Source of the DNA: Chrysomallon squamiferum
Lineage: Eukaryota > Animalia > Mollusca
Assembly (NCBI GenBank): GCA_012295275.1
Contig: CM022665.1
Coordinates: 29,326,001-29,390,000, forward strand
Direction: 5' to 3'
Length of the DNA: 64,000 bases
Each line of letters opens with the position of its first letter. The first letter of the stretch is position 1. Below, in pieces: positions 1 to 13,200 of this stretch. The translations under genes and the position numbers were made by a program. The notes below the pieces were generated by a model. That model was not told the DNA's origin, did no database searches, and saw only the letters and a program-made list of their open reading frames with translations.

Positions 1-874
1 CGATTTTCTACTCCACAGTAAGGGAGTTTTTTCTCTCTAAGTTTTTAATGCAAGACTTCAAGAGACATGTTCCTGTGGTCTTACAGTATTGTTAAATATG
101 TAGCGGCATATCTTCCGCACCTTCACTCAGATTATTTAATGTCACTAACAATTGCAATAATTTTATACATATTGACTGTATTTGTCTTAAAATGTGTTTT
201 AATGAATCTGGAAACACGATAAGGTTAGCCATCTCTGCGAATACCTTTTTGTCTTTAGCTGATTTTGAGTGAACGAGTTTTACTGCTTTGTAGTTCGTTA
301 TAAAAGACTAAAAGAACAAAGATGCATCACTGCAAAAAGTTTATCCAAAATAATAATTTTTCTGATCATTATTATATATCTATTCAATCTTGTTATGTAA
401 ACAGAATTTTGAATAGAAACTTTAGATCCAACTTTTCCGTATTCAAATCCGTGAGAAGTTATACCTTTCCGGAAACAAATTTAACTGAGAAATATACATT
501 TTAATACGAAATAATTCATAGATGTCATTAAATATTTCCAGGAATTCGAATTTCACCACACCAAGTATAAATCAAGTCACAGACTGTTTGTCGCGCACAC
601 CCAAGGCTCAACATGGACGAAAACAGGTTTATTTAGTAGCGTTTCTGGACTTACATTTAATATTATACATTTCAAATTTAACAGACAAGTTCTTCGTGAA
701 TGTAAACAAATAAAAATAAAAAGATTCCAAAGAAAACTTCATTTATAACTTATTTGCCCAAACTTCACAAAATGCAACGTATGAAATCTCTGAAATGAAT
801 GGCTTGTTCGTTTATCTTTTCCCCTTTTTTCAAACGAGATGGATAAAAGATTGAAGTAATTTTGTATTTATATG

Positions 875-879
<5 letters not shown>

Positions 880-912
<33 letters not shown>
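880..912. repeat. (TAAA)n microsatellite
   Basis: Visible ataaataaat... run. Confidence 0.8.
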
Positions 913-1473
913 ACAAATAAAATAACCTTTGAAAATATAAATCTTTATAGCGTACGTAAATACAAAACCATATAAATCATATTTTTGTTTGTTGTCTTCT
1001 TCTTCCAGCAATTTTATGCTGAATAAATGCTTATTTCACATACCTGAGATGTTTTGAATGATAGTCGATGGTTGCCAGTACAAAATAACCACTTTGTACA
1101 ACATGCCTGTTACGATCTAACAATGATGAAATGGAGAACTTTGTGAGGTGTTACAAACTTGTGTAGTTTTACACATATTTATCAATGGGAAAATAATCTA
1201 ATACAAGCATTGTTACATTGTTAATATGTTTAAACTAAAGATCAAAACGGCTTTGTAACAAACACATTAACTGAAATAAGCATTTCCTAAATAAATTTAA
1301 AAAAAATAAACATCAATAAAAATGTGTTTTTTTAATAATTAGCTTTATTCAACTTTTTTTTAATTGATATTACTGCATGAAAAAACAATATAAATTGCCT
1401 ATTTTTACTTTTAATGTCAAACAAACAACCTTTTAATGCTAATCACCAACTTTTTTGTGTTGAAAAATTCAAT

Positions 1474-4400
1474 TTATTTCACGAGTTTAATGACTTCTTC
1501 GGCAGCACTACAAGATAAACCCTTTCCAGGTTCAACATTCAGTGTCTCCACAACTCCATCTTTGATCACCATGGCATAACTGTGAATATTACATACATTC
1601 TCCATTATAATGATTGCACAGTTAACAGTAATTATAAAAATTTTTTTATAATATTATTTTTATTAATAACAGCAGTAGCAATAATAAAACCAGCAAAAAA
1701 AAAAAGATAATACAATAAAATGAAGTACTAACAGTAATTAAAAGCTATAATATTAATTGCAGTTTATATGCATAATAATAAAATGCAGTTCATATGAAAA
1801 TAGAATAAAGAGGAAGACAGTCAATAGCGAAAATTTAAACTGCAACTTGGGTACTGTTGAAAAAGAAAAGGATATATACTATAAATGATGTACACATGCA
1901 GAATGAAGAAAACTCACTTACCGTTTAGATCTGATACTTCCAAGTATTGCTGTCATATCAACATCCATACCAATTTTCTATCACAAAACATAATAAAAAT
2001 TTTAATTTGTAATATTATAACTGGCATTTCTGAATTATTTTTATAATGACCATTTCATTTTTAAATTGTCCAGGAAAAGAAATTGACAAAAAGAAATTGA
2101 AATTATATGCATGATTAAAATAGTGTTTTTGTTTTTTAAAAAAAAAAAAATTTTTTTCTCCTTCCCATGAATCTGATTTTCTTAGATTTAAGGAAAATGG
2201 AGAATTACAATTAATCACTATTCCTTTACTTTTCACTTTCATATTTAATGGTTTTCTATAAATTATACTTAGTGTATGTAGTATAATTCTGTCACTTACC
2301 TTTGTAAATTCAGCATTTGTATCTGCCAACATCCTAACCTGAAACAAAAATATTTTATGCATATTTTTTTAAGTTATGAACATTATAAAAAGACATTTCA
2401 GTCCTTTCATACAGCAAAACCTTGTATAAATATTTTTTCTGTTTCATTATGAATTGGACAAATAATTATTTACATATTTTTAACTCAACATTCTAGACAT
2501 GATATAGTGATATTTTGCTCTAACAAAATACACTAAACTGTAAACAATAAAAGCACTAATTACTAGTAACATACTGCAACATCAGTAATTATATAATCAT
2601 GATATTAACAGTTAGTACACTTCTGATACATTTAAACATTTCCTAATAATAAATTAAACCTAACACTGCAATATGATGCTTAGGATATTAACAAATTGTA
2701 GTATTAAATTGCAACATTAATAAACTGCATAATATCAATAAATGAAACAGGAATTAATTACTTTTCCATCAGTAGACAAAAATTTGCCCCAGGCCTCCAT
2801 GACAAAAGGGTCATTTACAGACACACAAGCAATGGTATCAACACCTTTTGTTTTGAAGGAGTCAGCTGTTTGAACAAATCCAGGTACATGACTCTAAAAG
2901 TTTAATAAAAATATAAATTGTACAAATTTTTATACAGTAACAAAATGACAATTTACAACACATTACTATTAAAATGATAAAAAATAAGTTTAAAGAAGTA
3001 CAACTTTTTCATCATATATATATATTATATGTAGATACTAATTTCTCCTTCATGGCTGAAAATAAATAGGTATTTTTTCCCCACGCATATATACAAAAAC
3101 ACTGTTCTGTTTATTTTTTCTATATATAAACTGTTGATACATATTCAAAGTGATTTTTAAAAATATTTTATTCAGCAGAATATTATTTCAGTTACACAAA
3201 ACATTAATTATAATTCACAATAAATGACCCTGCTGACATTCATTTAATTAAAATGATTCTAATAATAAATATTCTAACAGGTTAATGTGTTACAACTCAC
3301 CTTGGTGCAGGTAGGTGTGAAAGCACCAGGAACGCCAAATATAATACTTCTTCCTTTAGAAAACAAGTCAGTTGTCTTTACTTTTTTATCTGGGTTTCCT
3401 TCATACAGCTCTGCACTTGGCAACTTGTCTCCAACCTAAATTAGACATATGTAAATAACATGTTATTTTTCTTAACTGAAATAAAATATTTGTACAAAAA
3501 AAAAAAAAAAAAAAAAAAATGTATATTAAAAAAATAAAAAGGACCCACTTCATTTTTCTTTTAACTAGCTTCCATTAGTTATCTATAAATAACAATGTAA
3601 AACATTGAATAACGTGATCCAAGTTGTATGTCACATATATGTATTACACTTTTGAACAAGATAAGCAATAGATAACTGAATTTGCAATACTTTTGTACTC
3701 ACAAGTGATTTATGAAGAAACATGCCAGATGTTAAAGGTAAAAATGAAAATTAGAGAAGAAATTACATTAATTTTTTATTTATTATTTTTTATTTTTTAT
3801 TTTGTTAGCTGTTGGGTTCAATGCAGCTGGGATTCTGCTACTATCAGGATCTGCCTAGCTGCTTCTGGCCACTTCACCAGAACCAGATAAAGCTGGTATC
3901 TTAAATCAGTTACCAGTTATTTCACATAAAAATCAATATTGTTAAAAACAATCTTTTGGTACCAAGCTATATCTTAAGTATTTTGCTGATTCACAGTTTA
4001 ATTATCGTAATTACTTCTGATACCTCTGTTACACAAATTAATTTTGTTCCACCAGTTTAAAAAGTGTAAATTGTACCAAAAATCGGAAACTTTGAATTTA
4101 TAAAATATTGCCATTATTTGAAAATAAATCTTGACCTCAATGACTATGTTGATTGTGTATGTGTGTGTACACATACATACATACTCATATACAGATATCC
4201 TGAAATTAAGCTATATAATATAGTCTGTAGTTAGTTTTAAAACCGCTTTGGGCTATTTATATGAAGAATAAAAAGATGGGGGGGGGGTTTTAATGTTATA
4301 ACATATCTACCCAAGACGTTCCGTTCCTTTTAATTCTATTTTACTGCTCTTTAACATATTACGTATAATACTTTATTATATACATCAAAAGAGATTAATA

Positions 4401-4614
4401 TTATAACATTTTGTTGAATTGCCTATAACAAATAATCGGAAAGTGGTTGCTGAATCGAGGTTCACGATACATGCACCTCGGTCGAGAATGCCGAAAACTG
4501 AAATAAAGAAATTCAAAAAATTAACAGTGAATACGATACCTTAATGGACATGTTCCTTGTTGCACTGACAAATGCCGTTACCGGTTTCTTTAACAACAGC
4601 CTAATAAAACCCAT
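1474..4614 (-). CDS. PRDX5: Peroxiredoxin-5 (atypical 2-Cys Prx), 6 coding exons
   Basis: Exons (minus): 4614(or 4746/4551)-4540, 3435-3301, 2893-2762, 2338-2300, 1977-1922, 1579-1474; all GT-AG and phase-consistent. Protein: [19 protein letters not shown]...[19 protein letters not shown] (peroxidatic Cys motif)...[16 protein letters not shown]...[13 protein letters not shown]...[28 protein letters not shown] (resolving Cys) [10 protein letters not shown]. Start codon uncertain among three in-frame ATGs. Confidence 0.96.
3807..3929. ncRNA. Candidate structured RNA (H/ACA-like) in PRDX5 intron 1
   Basis: GC-richer island in an AT-rich intron with nested stems (gcagctggg/cctagctgc, ttctgg/ccagaa, ggttc/gaacc, agctggta/taccagtt), AGATAA at 3885-3890 and ACA at 3924-3926 on the + strand. 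No family match recognised. Confidence 0.3.
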
Positions 4615-7013
4615 AGGTGTGTTTGTATACCGACGAGATAGTTTAAACAAGGATGTCAGTTTCCGGGTGCGTGATGACTCGGCGATATTCAAGAGAAGAA
4701 TAACCAGTCGCGAAAAGCTAGGCACGTGCAACTCCAATTGTTGCATTTACATCCTGTTCAGGCCTGCGTATGTCACGGAGAAGTACAGTATTGCGAAAAG
4801 TGGGGTTTACAAAATGTGCAGATCTGATTACCATAAAAATGGTTTTAATCTACGGTTATAGGACATTCTAATAGGATGTGTTTATTAAAACTTTCTCATA
4901 GACAGCACACGCCATAGTTTGTCATTAGCCAAGATAAGGAATAATAATGTCATGAATAAGGAAATATAACCAAAAAGGAACTCTGAAATATTTTGATTTT
5001 GTGACCAGTCAGGACATCCACCAAAGGACAAATATAAGAAGAAAAAGAAGAAAGAAAGAAAATATATACGTGTAATTAAACATGAAGTACAGAGATGGCA
5101 GAAACAGTCATCCCCAGTCCGTCCACTGAATTATTTCCCAGATCCTAATATTATCTTATCAAATAAGATAAGAATATAAAAATATGTTTTTACTGGTCGA
5201 AAAAGTTTTGGCCATCGCTTAACAGCAATAGCTTAATTTATTTTCTCTTTATCTATATCATATTATTATAATAATAAATTATCTATAATTAATTTAGCTA
5301 CATACTATATTACCGGACATTAAAGAAATTTTATTTTGTTTCACTCCTTAACACATTTGGGATTGTAGTTCCACTTTACACATATCTAAAGCTGCCACAG
5401 TAAAGAGCAATAATAATAATCCAAGGTGTTGTAATCAAGATGATTTGTAAGTTAAACACTTAAAATGAATGATATCAGTAGTTATAAATCAATTAAAATT
5501 GACGGTGTTCTTGTGTTCAATCAATGAAACACTGGATTACAAATTCACTTACAAAAACAAACGACGTGTCACAACAATAGAAAGACCCAACGTTAATACT
5601 TGTGAGGATGATTAAGTATGAAATTAAAAAATAATAATAATAAATAAATGGAAATTAAAATGACATTTTGTCTTTAATTATTTTACACTGTAGACACTGT
5701 TTTAGGAAAAAGATATCAATTTAGCTATTTTTTATACGTTGATGAGGAATCGGTCAAGGATGTGTTTTTACAATTATTGTTATGATATTGTATGTTACAA
5801 GTCTTTTGTAATGTAATAACAAGTCTTAACTGACTTCATAATGCAAGAAAATGTTAATTTACTCCTACTTTCGAGACAAAATAAATAATCATTAGACGAA
5901 AATCTTGAATTTAAGGTAACGTCACAGTAATGAAATGATGCAGTACAAGGTTTTCTTTACAATTATTCTTTACAGTAATTCTTTAGTTATTATTTATATT
6001 TATTTATTTATTTTAATATTTGTTTGTAGGTGTGTGAGTTAGTTTCTGAGAAACCTCAAGCTTTGTGCTAAGTAAATAGTATATATATTGTCAGTTATTA
6101 TCTACTCCTAAATACGTTGAAAAGGCCGTTTTTTTTTTAGTTATGGACGTCCAGTGACTTGAAGATGAACGCCAAGTTACTTACTGTTTTCTGAGATGTA
6201 ATGAGGCGCTATCGAGTTAACATGAAAGTTAACTTATTTTCACTGATGGCATTTATCATTTGTGAATTAATTCCAGTACTAAATTAAAAAAATTAAAAAA
6301 AAAAATGTAATTATCATAATCTAATGTTTGTGTTTCCCTTCAAAGTTTATATCTAAAAGTACTATGTTGTTAATATAAGTGATCTTTCTATCTTCCACTT
6401 AACTATTTGCATTGGCAACAACGGGTGTATCTGTTCTCTAAATCGATTTAAAATGAAATGTGTAACTTAATTATTTCGAATTTCATAATTTGCAAGCTTA
6501 TAAAATTATAGAAATTTTCACTTAATATGTTTTGATATATATATATGTGCATAGATTAGTTTTTAATTCATGCAACGATTATATGTTGAATGTGTAATTT
6601 ACGTGTTTTATAGTTTTATTTTTAATTTTTTAATAGCCATTGAATAATTGCATATTCCTTCTTTGATAATGAAATAAAACAGCTTTAAAAGATCAAACAA
6701 ATCGCGAGAAGGTCATTGGTAGGTTGTCTAATGATTGCAGCAACTTTACTTAACAAAAGATCTAGTTCAAGTTGATTTTTATTGAGCGAGTGAAAAATTA
6801 ACGTGCTAATCAGAGCAAGCTGTTGTGAAGCACGCCTGCGACAGTCACGCTGTCCGACAAAGCCAATAAGCGTGTCTGTCGAAAAAGAGTTGGTGGAGAG
6901 AAAAGAAAGGGTTACTTTATATTTTGTCCGAGCCTGTTTTCGTCTTATGCCTTTAAATATGAGGAAGGGGAACAACTCTATTTATGAATAAACGCCGGGA
7001 AAAATTTATGATT

Positions 7014-7349
7014 ATGATGAAGAGATCAAATCCTTTCGGAGAATGTTCACCTTTGCAGCTCAAGACTCGGATTGGCAAAAAGGAAATTGATCTCGGTGTT
7101 GCCCAAGACGAAAATATGAAAGTAGTTTACGGTAAAAATATCCGTATTAATGATACTGACACTGACAGGTGCAGTTGTCAAAATCATTTACTTACGAGTT
7201 TAAGATAAGCTCTTTGTTTTTTAGTTTGATAAATGTTCTAAATACAAGTGTTTAAAACTTAATTAGTAAAACATGAACTAGTCTTATCTTTATTAATCTG
7301 AGGCATAAAAATAATAAAGAATTTTGATAGTTTCCTTCAGCATTCTTTC

Positions 7350-7412
<63 letters not shown>

Positions 7413-8615
7413 CATGATCACTAACTCAGAAATTGTTCTAATAAACACAAATATGCCAGAAATGAACGAGGTTTGTCAAAACATTTGTACAAACTATAGA
7501 ATTAATTGAGGCCTATACTATTTAAATGTAGAAAAAACCAAGGAGTTGCTTTTTAAAGGATCACAGAAGAGTTTTGCAGTATCTCACACTGATGCCAATG
7601 ACAACATACTGTGTGAAACCATACTAACAGAAAAGCCTGTAGAAGAGATTCAGCCAGGCCAACTTTGTCTTGATAAAGGTTGCCAACTGACTGTACCAGG
7701 TTTCAGTAATGATCTTCAGAAGATCTCATCTCTAAACAAGGGTAAATATACTTAATATTTCCACAGGTAATTTTTTTTGTCATGTTTTAATTTAAATGAA
7801 TGTCTAAGGTCTGGTGTCATATTCCTTTTTTCTATTTCAAAACATTCTTGATATATTAAATTTTTGATGTCTAATAAAACATTAAGTACAATTTTGCCAA
7901 ATGAACAGAGTGTTTCAAGACAAATATTAAAAGGTCTTTTAACTATAAACATGGTAGAAAAGCCAATAAGTATGTGTGTGATACAGAAAGTTTCCAATTA
8001 GTGGGGTTTTTTTGTTTTGTTTTTAATGTTAACAAAATATTCATGTGTATAATGGATCTTCTACACTGACAAATCAGTGTTTCTGATTATATATATGTGT
8101 GTGTGTGGGTTTGGGTGTGGGTGTGTGTATATGTGTATTTTTATTTTCATTGCAGATGTAAGTTTAACATGCAAGACATGTAAAGGTTCAATTACAAAGT
8201 CAACATCTCATCCATGTAGTTTTTGTGATAAACCAATATGCTGGTCATGTTCCAAACAATGTGACAGTTGTGCTGGCAATTTCTGTCATCTCTGTTCAGT
8301 TCTCAAGTAAGTCAAATGTTTATTTCATTTTTAAAGAATGTATTTATAAATGTACATGCATGCAGTAATATTGTCAGTTTGTTTCAAAATAACATTCTGT
8401 AACATTTACACACACACACACAAATTAAATTAAAATCTAATAATGTATATTTTTAAAAAAATTTAAATACAACATATTTACCTAAAATTTATTAGCAGTC
8501 ATCTATTTATAAATAAATATATTTACTTATAAATATATTTACTTACAACTGATTCATCTTTCTTTTCAGTTATGATGAAACAATGGAACGTTCATTTTGT
8601 TTGAACTGTTCATAA
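7014..8615 (+). CDS. SIVA1: Apoptosis regulatory protein Siva, 4 coding exons (~174 aa)
   Basis: Exons 7014-7131, 7532-7741, 8156-8306, 8570-8615; GT-AG, total 525 nt. N-terminus MMKRSNPFGECSPLQLKTRIG...VVYEKTKELLFKG matches the Siva motif (KRSCPF..PLQLK..VFEKTKRLLF). C-terminal zinc fingers CKTC..CSFCDKPICWSCSKQCDSC..FCHLCS..YDETMERSFCLNCS*. Start could be 7008, 7014 or 7017. Confidence 0.93.
7351..7410. repeat. (TTA)n microsatellite in SIVA1 intron 1
   Basis: About 20 TTA units; explains the poly-Leu ORF 7324..7509. Confidence 0.95.
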
Positions 8616-9584
8616 CAAATTCAGTACTGAATTTATTTTTTGCTCTTGGAAAAGTGTTTATCTTTACTGCAGAGTATCTTTAAGGTTAATATCAAATAAG
8701 AGTTAATGAAAAGACAAAATGACTGTTAGTATTCATACTGCTGTTTAAGCAGCATGAGCAGAACCTTATTACAATTATGAGCCAGAGGATCTGTGAATGT
8801 GAGGCCATATGAAACACTTTCAAAAGTGAAATAATTTTTCACTTAATAACAGGAGGCTGCAAGTGCTAAATCCATACATTAATGTGGCAGTGATCATAAG
8901 TGTTAATTTTTGTATGTAATATAGTTTTTACTTTTTCTATTTGAACCTTATTTTGCTTAAAGTGCTTCATTTGTTTCTAGCAAACAAATGTATGATATTA
9001 GTGCTCTGTATTATATTTATCTGTAAACATGGAACTAGAATATCCATAATTTTGATATTGTTTGTATACAAATATTTGTCACTGCCATTAATTTGTTATC
9101 AGATGAGACATGCACTTTTTAGACTACTTGATTCTTTGTGTTACACACATTTTGTATAGTATTTAGTAATATTGAACTGCAACTGTATCTACTTTTTTAT
9201 TTTTATTTTTTATTATTTATATGTATATTGCTCTCAAAATGAAATTAAATATTAAATAATTTTGTTGTTTCCTTTTGTTTTTGGGTATAGTAACTTAAAA
9301 AATATGCCAGTTTGTTAGTTTTCACCAGTTTTTACTTTTGTTTTATTTTTCATGTTACATGTGTAACATACTCCAAAACCTAGAATAGAATCCTGCTTTA
9401 TAAAATTGGGGAATGTATAATTTTATTACTATGTGTGTAAAACCCTGATGTATTGCATCTTCTTGTGGAAGAATCAAAATTAATGTTGAATATTCATAAC
9501 GTTTTAGTCTGGTTGGTTTCTTTTCTTTTTTTTTTTTTTTTTTTTTTTTTTTTATTTATTTATTATTGGGGTGGTTTGTTCCTT

Positions 9585-9624
<40 letters not shown>

Positions 9625-10134
9625 CATAGAAAATTAATTTTAAAATATATCTTCGTTTAGTTATTAAAATAATTATAATCCAATTTTTAAACAAATAATT
9701 TGGAGTAATTATAAAGTTGCAATATTTAGATTTGTAATTATATTCATTTGTTGTTTAATGTTTTTTTTAATTATTTATTATAATTTTATTTTATTTATTT
9801 ATTTATTTATTTATTTTTTTATTTTTATTATTATTATTATTATTATTATTTTTTTATTTTTTTTTTTTTTTTTTTTGTGTGTGGCTTTGTCAACAACTAA
9901 GACTACATTATAAAAGCGGTTACGTCCATAAAACGCGTAACATTTTAAAATATTTATTTTTTCGAGACTAAACTCTGGATGCAAGAGAGTACGATGGAAA
10001 TGGCTGTGCAATAATAAACTAACTACAGATAATTATTTAAAATATGTATTGTATATAAATTACAACAACTTTAAGCGATACAGAAAAACTGGAGAATAAT
10101 TATCTCGGTAATTCACGTTTGGCACGAGAACTAG

Positions 10135-10148
10135 GCTTGTATGACAAC
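10135..10148 (+). promoter_or_regulatory. Possible RFX X-box-like site upstream of the CCDC175-like gene
   Basis: gcttgtATGACAAC resembles the X-box palindrome GTTGYCATGRCAAC (good 3' half, poor 5' half), about 55 bp before the ATG of a putative cilia/sperm coiled-coil gene. Confidence 0.25.
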
Positions 10149-10201
10149 AGTTTACAAATGGCCTCCTAACGCTGTGTTTCTTGCTTGATACAGGATACAT
10201 C

Positions 10202-13200
10202 ATGTCAGTACAGAAGTTAAGCATTGAAACGGCTTGCATAAATAACGCAGTCATAAAGCTGAATGAATTGGGTTTGTGGTCACATTACTGAGAATATTGT
10301 AAAATATGTAATAAATGCACCCGTTTACTAATAACCAGTAAATTGCAAATAAACAACACTAGCACTAGCAGTGTAGCACAGGAGTAGTTATAATTATTAA
10401 ACTAAATGAATAGTTGTTATAAATCTGAAATTATAATACACCGATGGTAATTAATGTTGTCGTTTTTACTACAAGCGTTCACAATGAAGGTGTTCATAAT
10501 AAAAAGAAAAAAAGAAACAGTAGAGTTTTGACTGTAATTTACTATAATTTGGTATATATGCGCTAATCAGAGTAATTAATTGTTACCTGTATACTGATAT
10601 ATTGTCTCATTTTAACCTTTCTACAAATTCTAGCAAATCGTATGAGAAGTGTTGATTTTAACTTTCATGACAATGATATTAACAACATTGACAAGGTTAT
10701 TGAGGCACTTTTGAACTGGTATGTAAATCATAACCTTTTTTTATTATTATTATTAATATTTTAATATATATTGTTTAAAAAGTAAATTTTATAATTTGTG
10801 TGAAATTATACAAATCTCTGTTTGCAATACATAACAAAAGAATATACTGCCAAGTACCTTTTCTAACATTTGAAATGTGTTCTATCCATTGATCATATTA
10901 TAGATATGTTTCAAAGCAATAATTGCTATTTTAATTAGTTACATTGTTCTAGCATACATATTTCTCTCTGAAATTTCAAATAGTTTTATTATTATTGTAC
11001 ATGTTGTGTAATAATATATATAAAATGATTATTATTATTTTATTTTTCATGGTAGGACATTGAAACAAAACGTTTACATGACGAACTTGAAACAGAAACA
11101 ATTAAAGCAAGTGTTCTGCGACACAGGCTTCTCACCTTACCTACGGAAATCAGAGATGAAATAATGGGTTAGCATATTTTACATATATATTATTATATTT
11201 TTTATCCAGTGGAATTATTATTTTAGAATTGATGTAAAATAATGTACCAGAGGGCAAATTTAACCTCCTCCCCTCAAAAAAGTAATAAAACAAATAAATT
11301 AAAATGATCTAGCAGTGTAATTAACACTATGATAAACTTTTAATAGTCGGTGTTTAATAAGACAGAATAAGTAAAAAATATAATAACAGTTTACCAGTTA
11401 CAAAAATATTTTAAAATGTCATATATAAATCTCTCTATCTATCTGTATATATTTCTATGTAAGAAATTGACTTCATAAAATGTGTGGGAACTGATAACCT
11501 TAAAGCTTGTTTTGTTATTGCCTTATTAATAATAATAAAAAAATAATTTTAGAATAAATTGAACAAAAACACTTTTGTTTGTGTGTGTATGGGTTTTATA
11601 TATATATATATAAAAACCCATACACACACAAACAAAAGTGTTTTTGTTCAATTTATTCTAAAACTATTTTTATATATATATATAAAAATAATAACTACAG
11701 CAGAAGTTAAAATAATTATGCTGTGATACATTTAAATTAATGTCTGGTATAATTTAGCCAAACTGAAATTACCTATGTTTGCAGCTGCTGTTAATGCAAC
11801 TCGCCAGCTAAATACATACTCTCAGATGGATCTTCAACAAAAACTGGATACTATAAATACCAACATAGTGGATTTTGGCAACCGTCATCAAGAACTGGAA
11901 AAGGAAAATTCACAGCTACAGTCAGTTGATTGCCTAAATTACTTTATGTTTGGAAATATAATATCAAGATATATTATAAAGGCTGATTTAAAGGGTTCAT
12001 TTATTTCTGTATTAGAGAGTTTTCTTTTCAAATTAGCATAAGACAATGAAGTTTTCCTCTTTTTTAAAATTTTATGTTTGAAAGTTATGTTTAATGTATT
12101 AGCACATGTGTTTCATGCAAGCATGCGTCTGATATATTCTTTAGTTTGTAGGTATTTTAATTGCCAAGTTAAGAAAGTGAAAGCACCAGCATAAAACATG
12201 TTTATACAGGCAGTATTAAACAAAAAGAAACCATGTTATACAGAGACATAAGCAGTAATGAGTCCTTATTTCAAATGTCTTGAAATCTGCTGAGGTAGGC
12301 ATGTTATAATACATGTTATAATATGAACATGAAGAGATGATGTCAGTTTTGTTTTACATAAAAGTCTAGAATATTTTGGCAGTTGTTACAAAGTACTATT
12401 TTTATCACCACAAAACAGATACAAATGTTTGCAACTGTTGTCAATTCTTTGTAATATCTGATTGTAGGCCTGAAAAAGAACAGATTCGTCAACAACATGA
12501 AGAAATTATCTCACAGCTGAATCAGAGAATGGCAGAAAAAGCAAGGTGTGGAAAATTGTTTGATTGTAAAATTACCATTTTTAAAATAAATAAATTATTA
12601 CATTTTTTTATAACTATTTTATTTATCAAAATAATAAATGACAAGCCAAAGCAGTGATAACATATTTGACTTTTTAACAATTTAAACATTTTATAAATGA
12701 AAAAAAAAAAATAAACTAAATAAATAAATATCTGAAGGATATCAAAATGATATTCATATTGATAACTGCTATACAATGTAAATTTGAATAAGGGTAGGTT
12801 CATTACAACAATAAAAATATTAGCTATTTAATTTTTTTACCAGCTTTTGTTGTTTTAACAGCTGTAAATAATAAGAATCAGAATCAGAGATGCATTACTG
12901 TTGAAATTACTGCTTTACATGCATTTTTGTAAAACCTATTTTTTGTTTTAAAAAAGGAGATAATTCAGTAATAATTTGCAATGGACTTTTTACTTTCTGA
13001 AGAATAACAATAATAATTATCTTGTAGTATGCAGATAGCTCTCAATGAAACGAGGGACATGGTGCGAGAAGCCAATAAAGATGTAAGTGTACTATAGTCA
13101 TTAGTAAGGAAGTAGGCTTTTGCATCAAAGTTTATATTTCATTAGTAGTTTTAGATTTTAAACTGAGACTATAAATTGCATTCTTTTTCTAAAGAAATTA

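Noticed and set aside
1-720. Short ORFs (322..504, 522..713) and a 46-codon minus-strand ORF starting near 232
   Set aside because: No recognisable motif or consistent splice structure; this may be UTR or promoter of a gene outside the window.
4544-4861. 105-aa + strand ORF
   Set aside because: It is the antisense shadow of PRDX5 exon 1 and its CpG-rich promoter, with no protein-family features.
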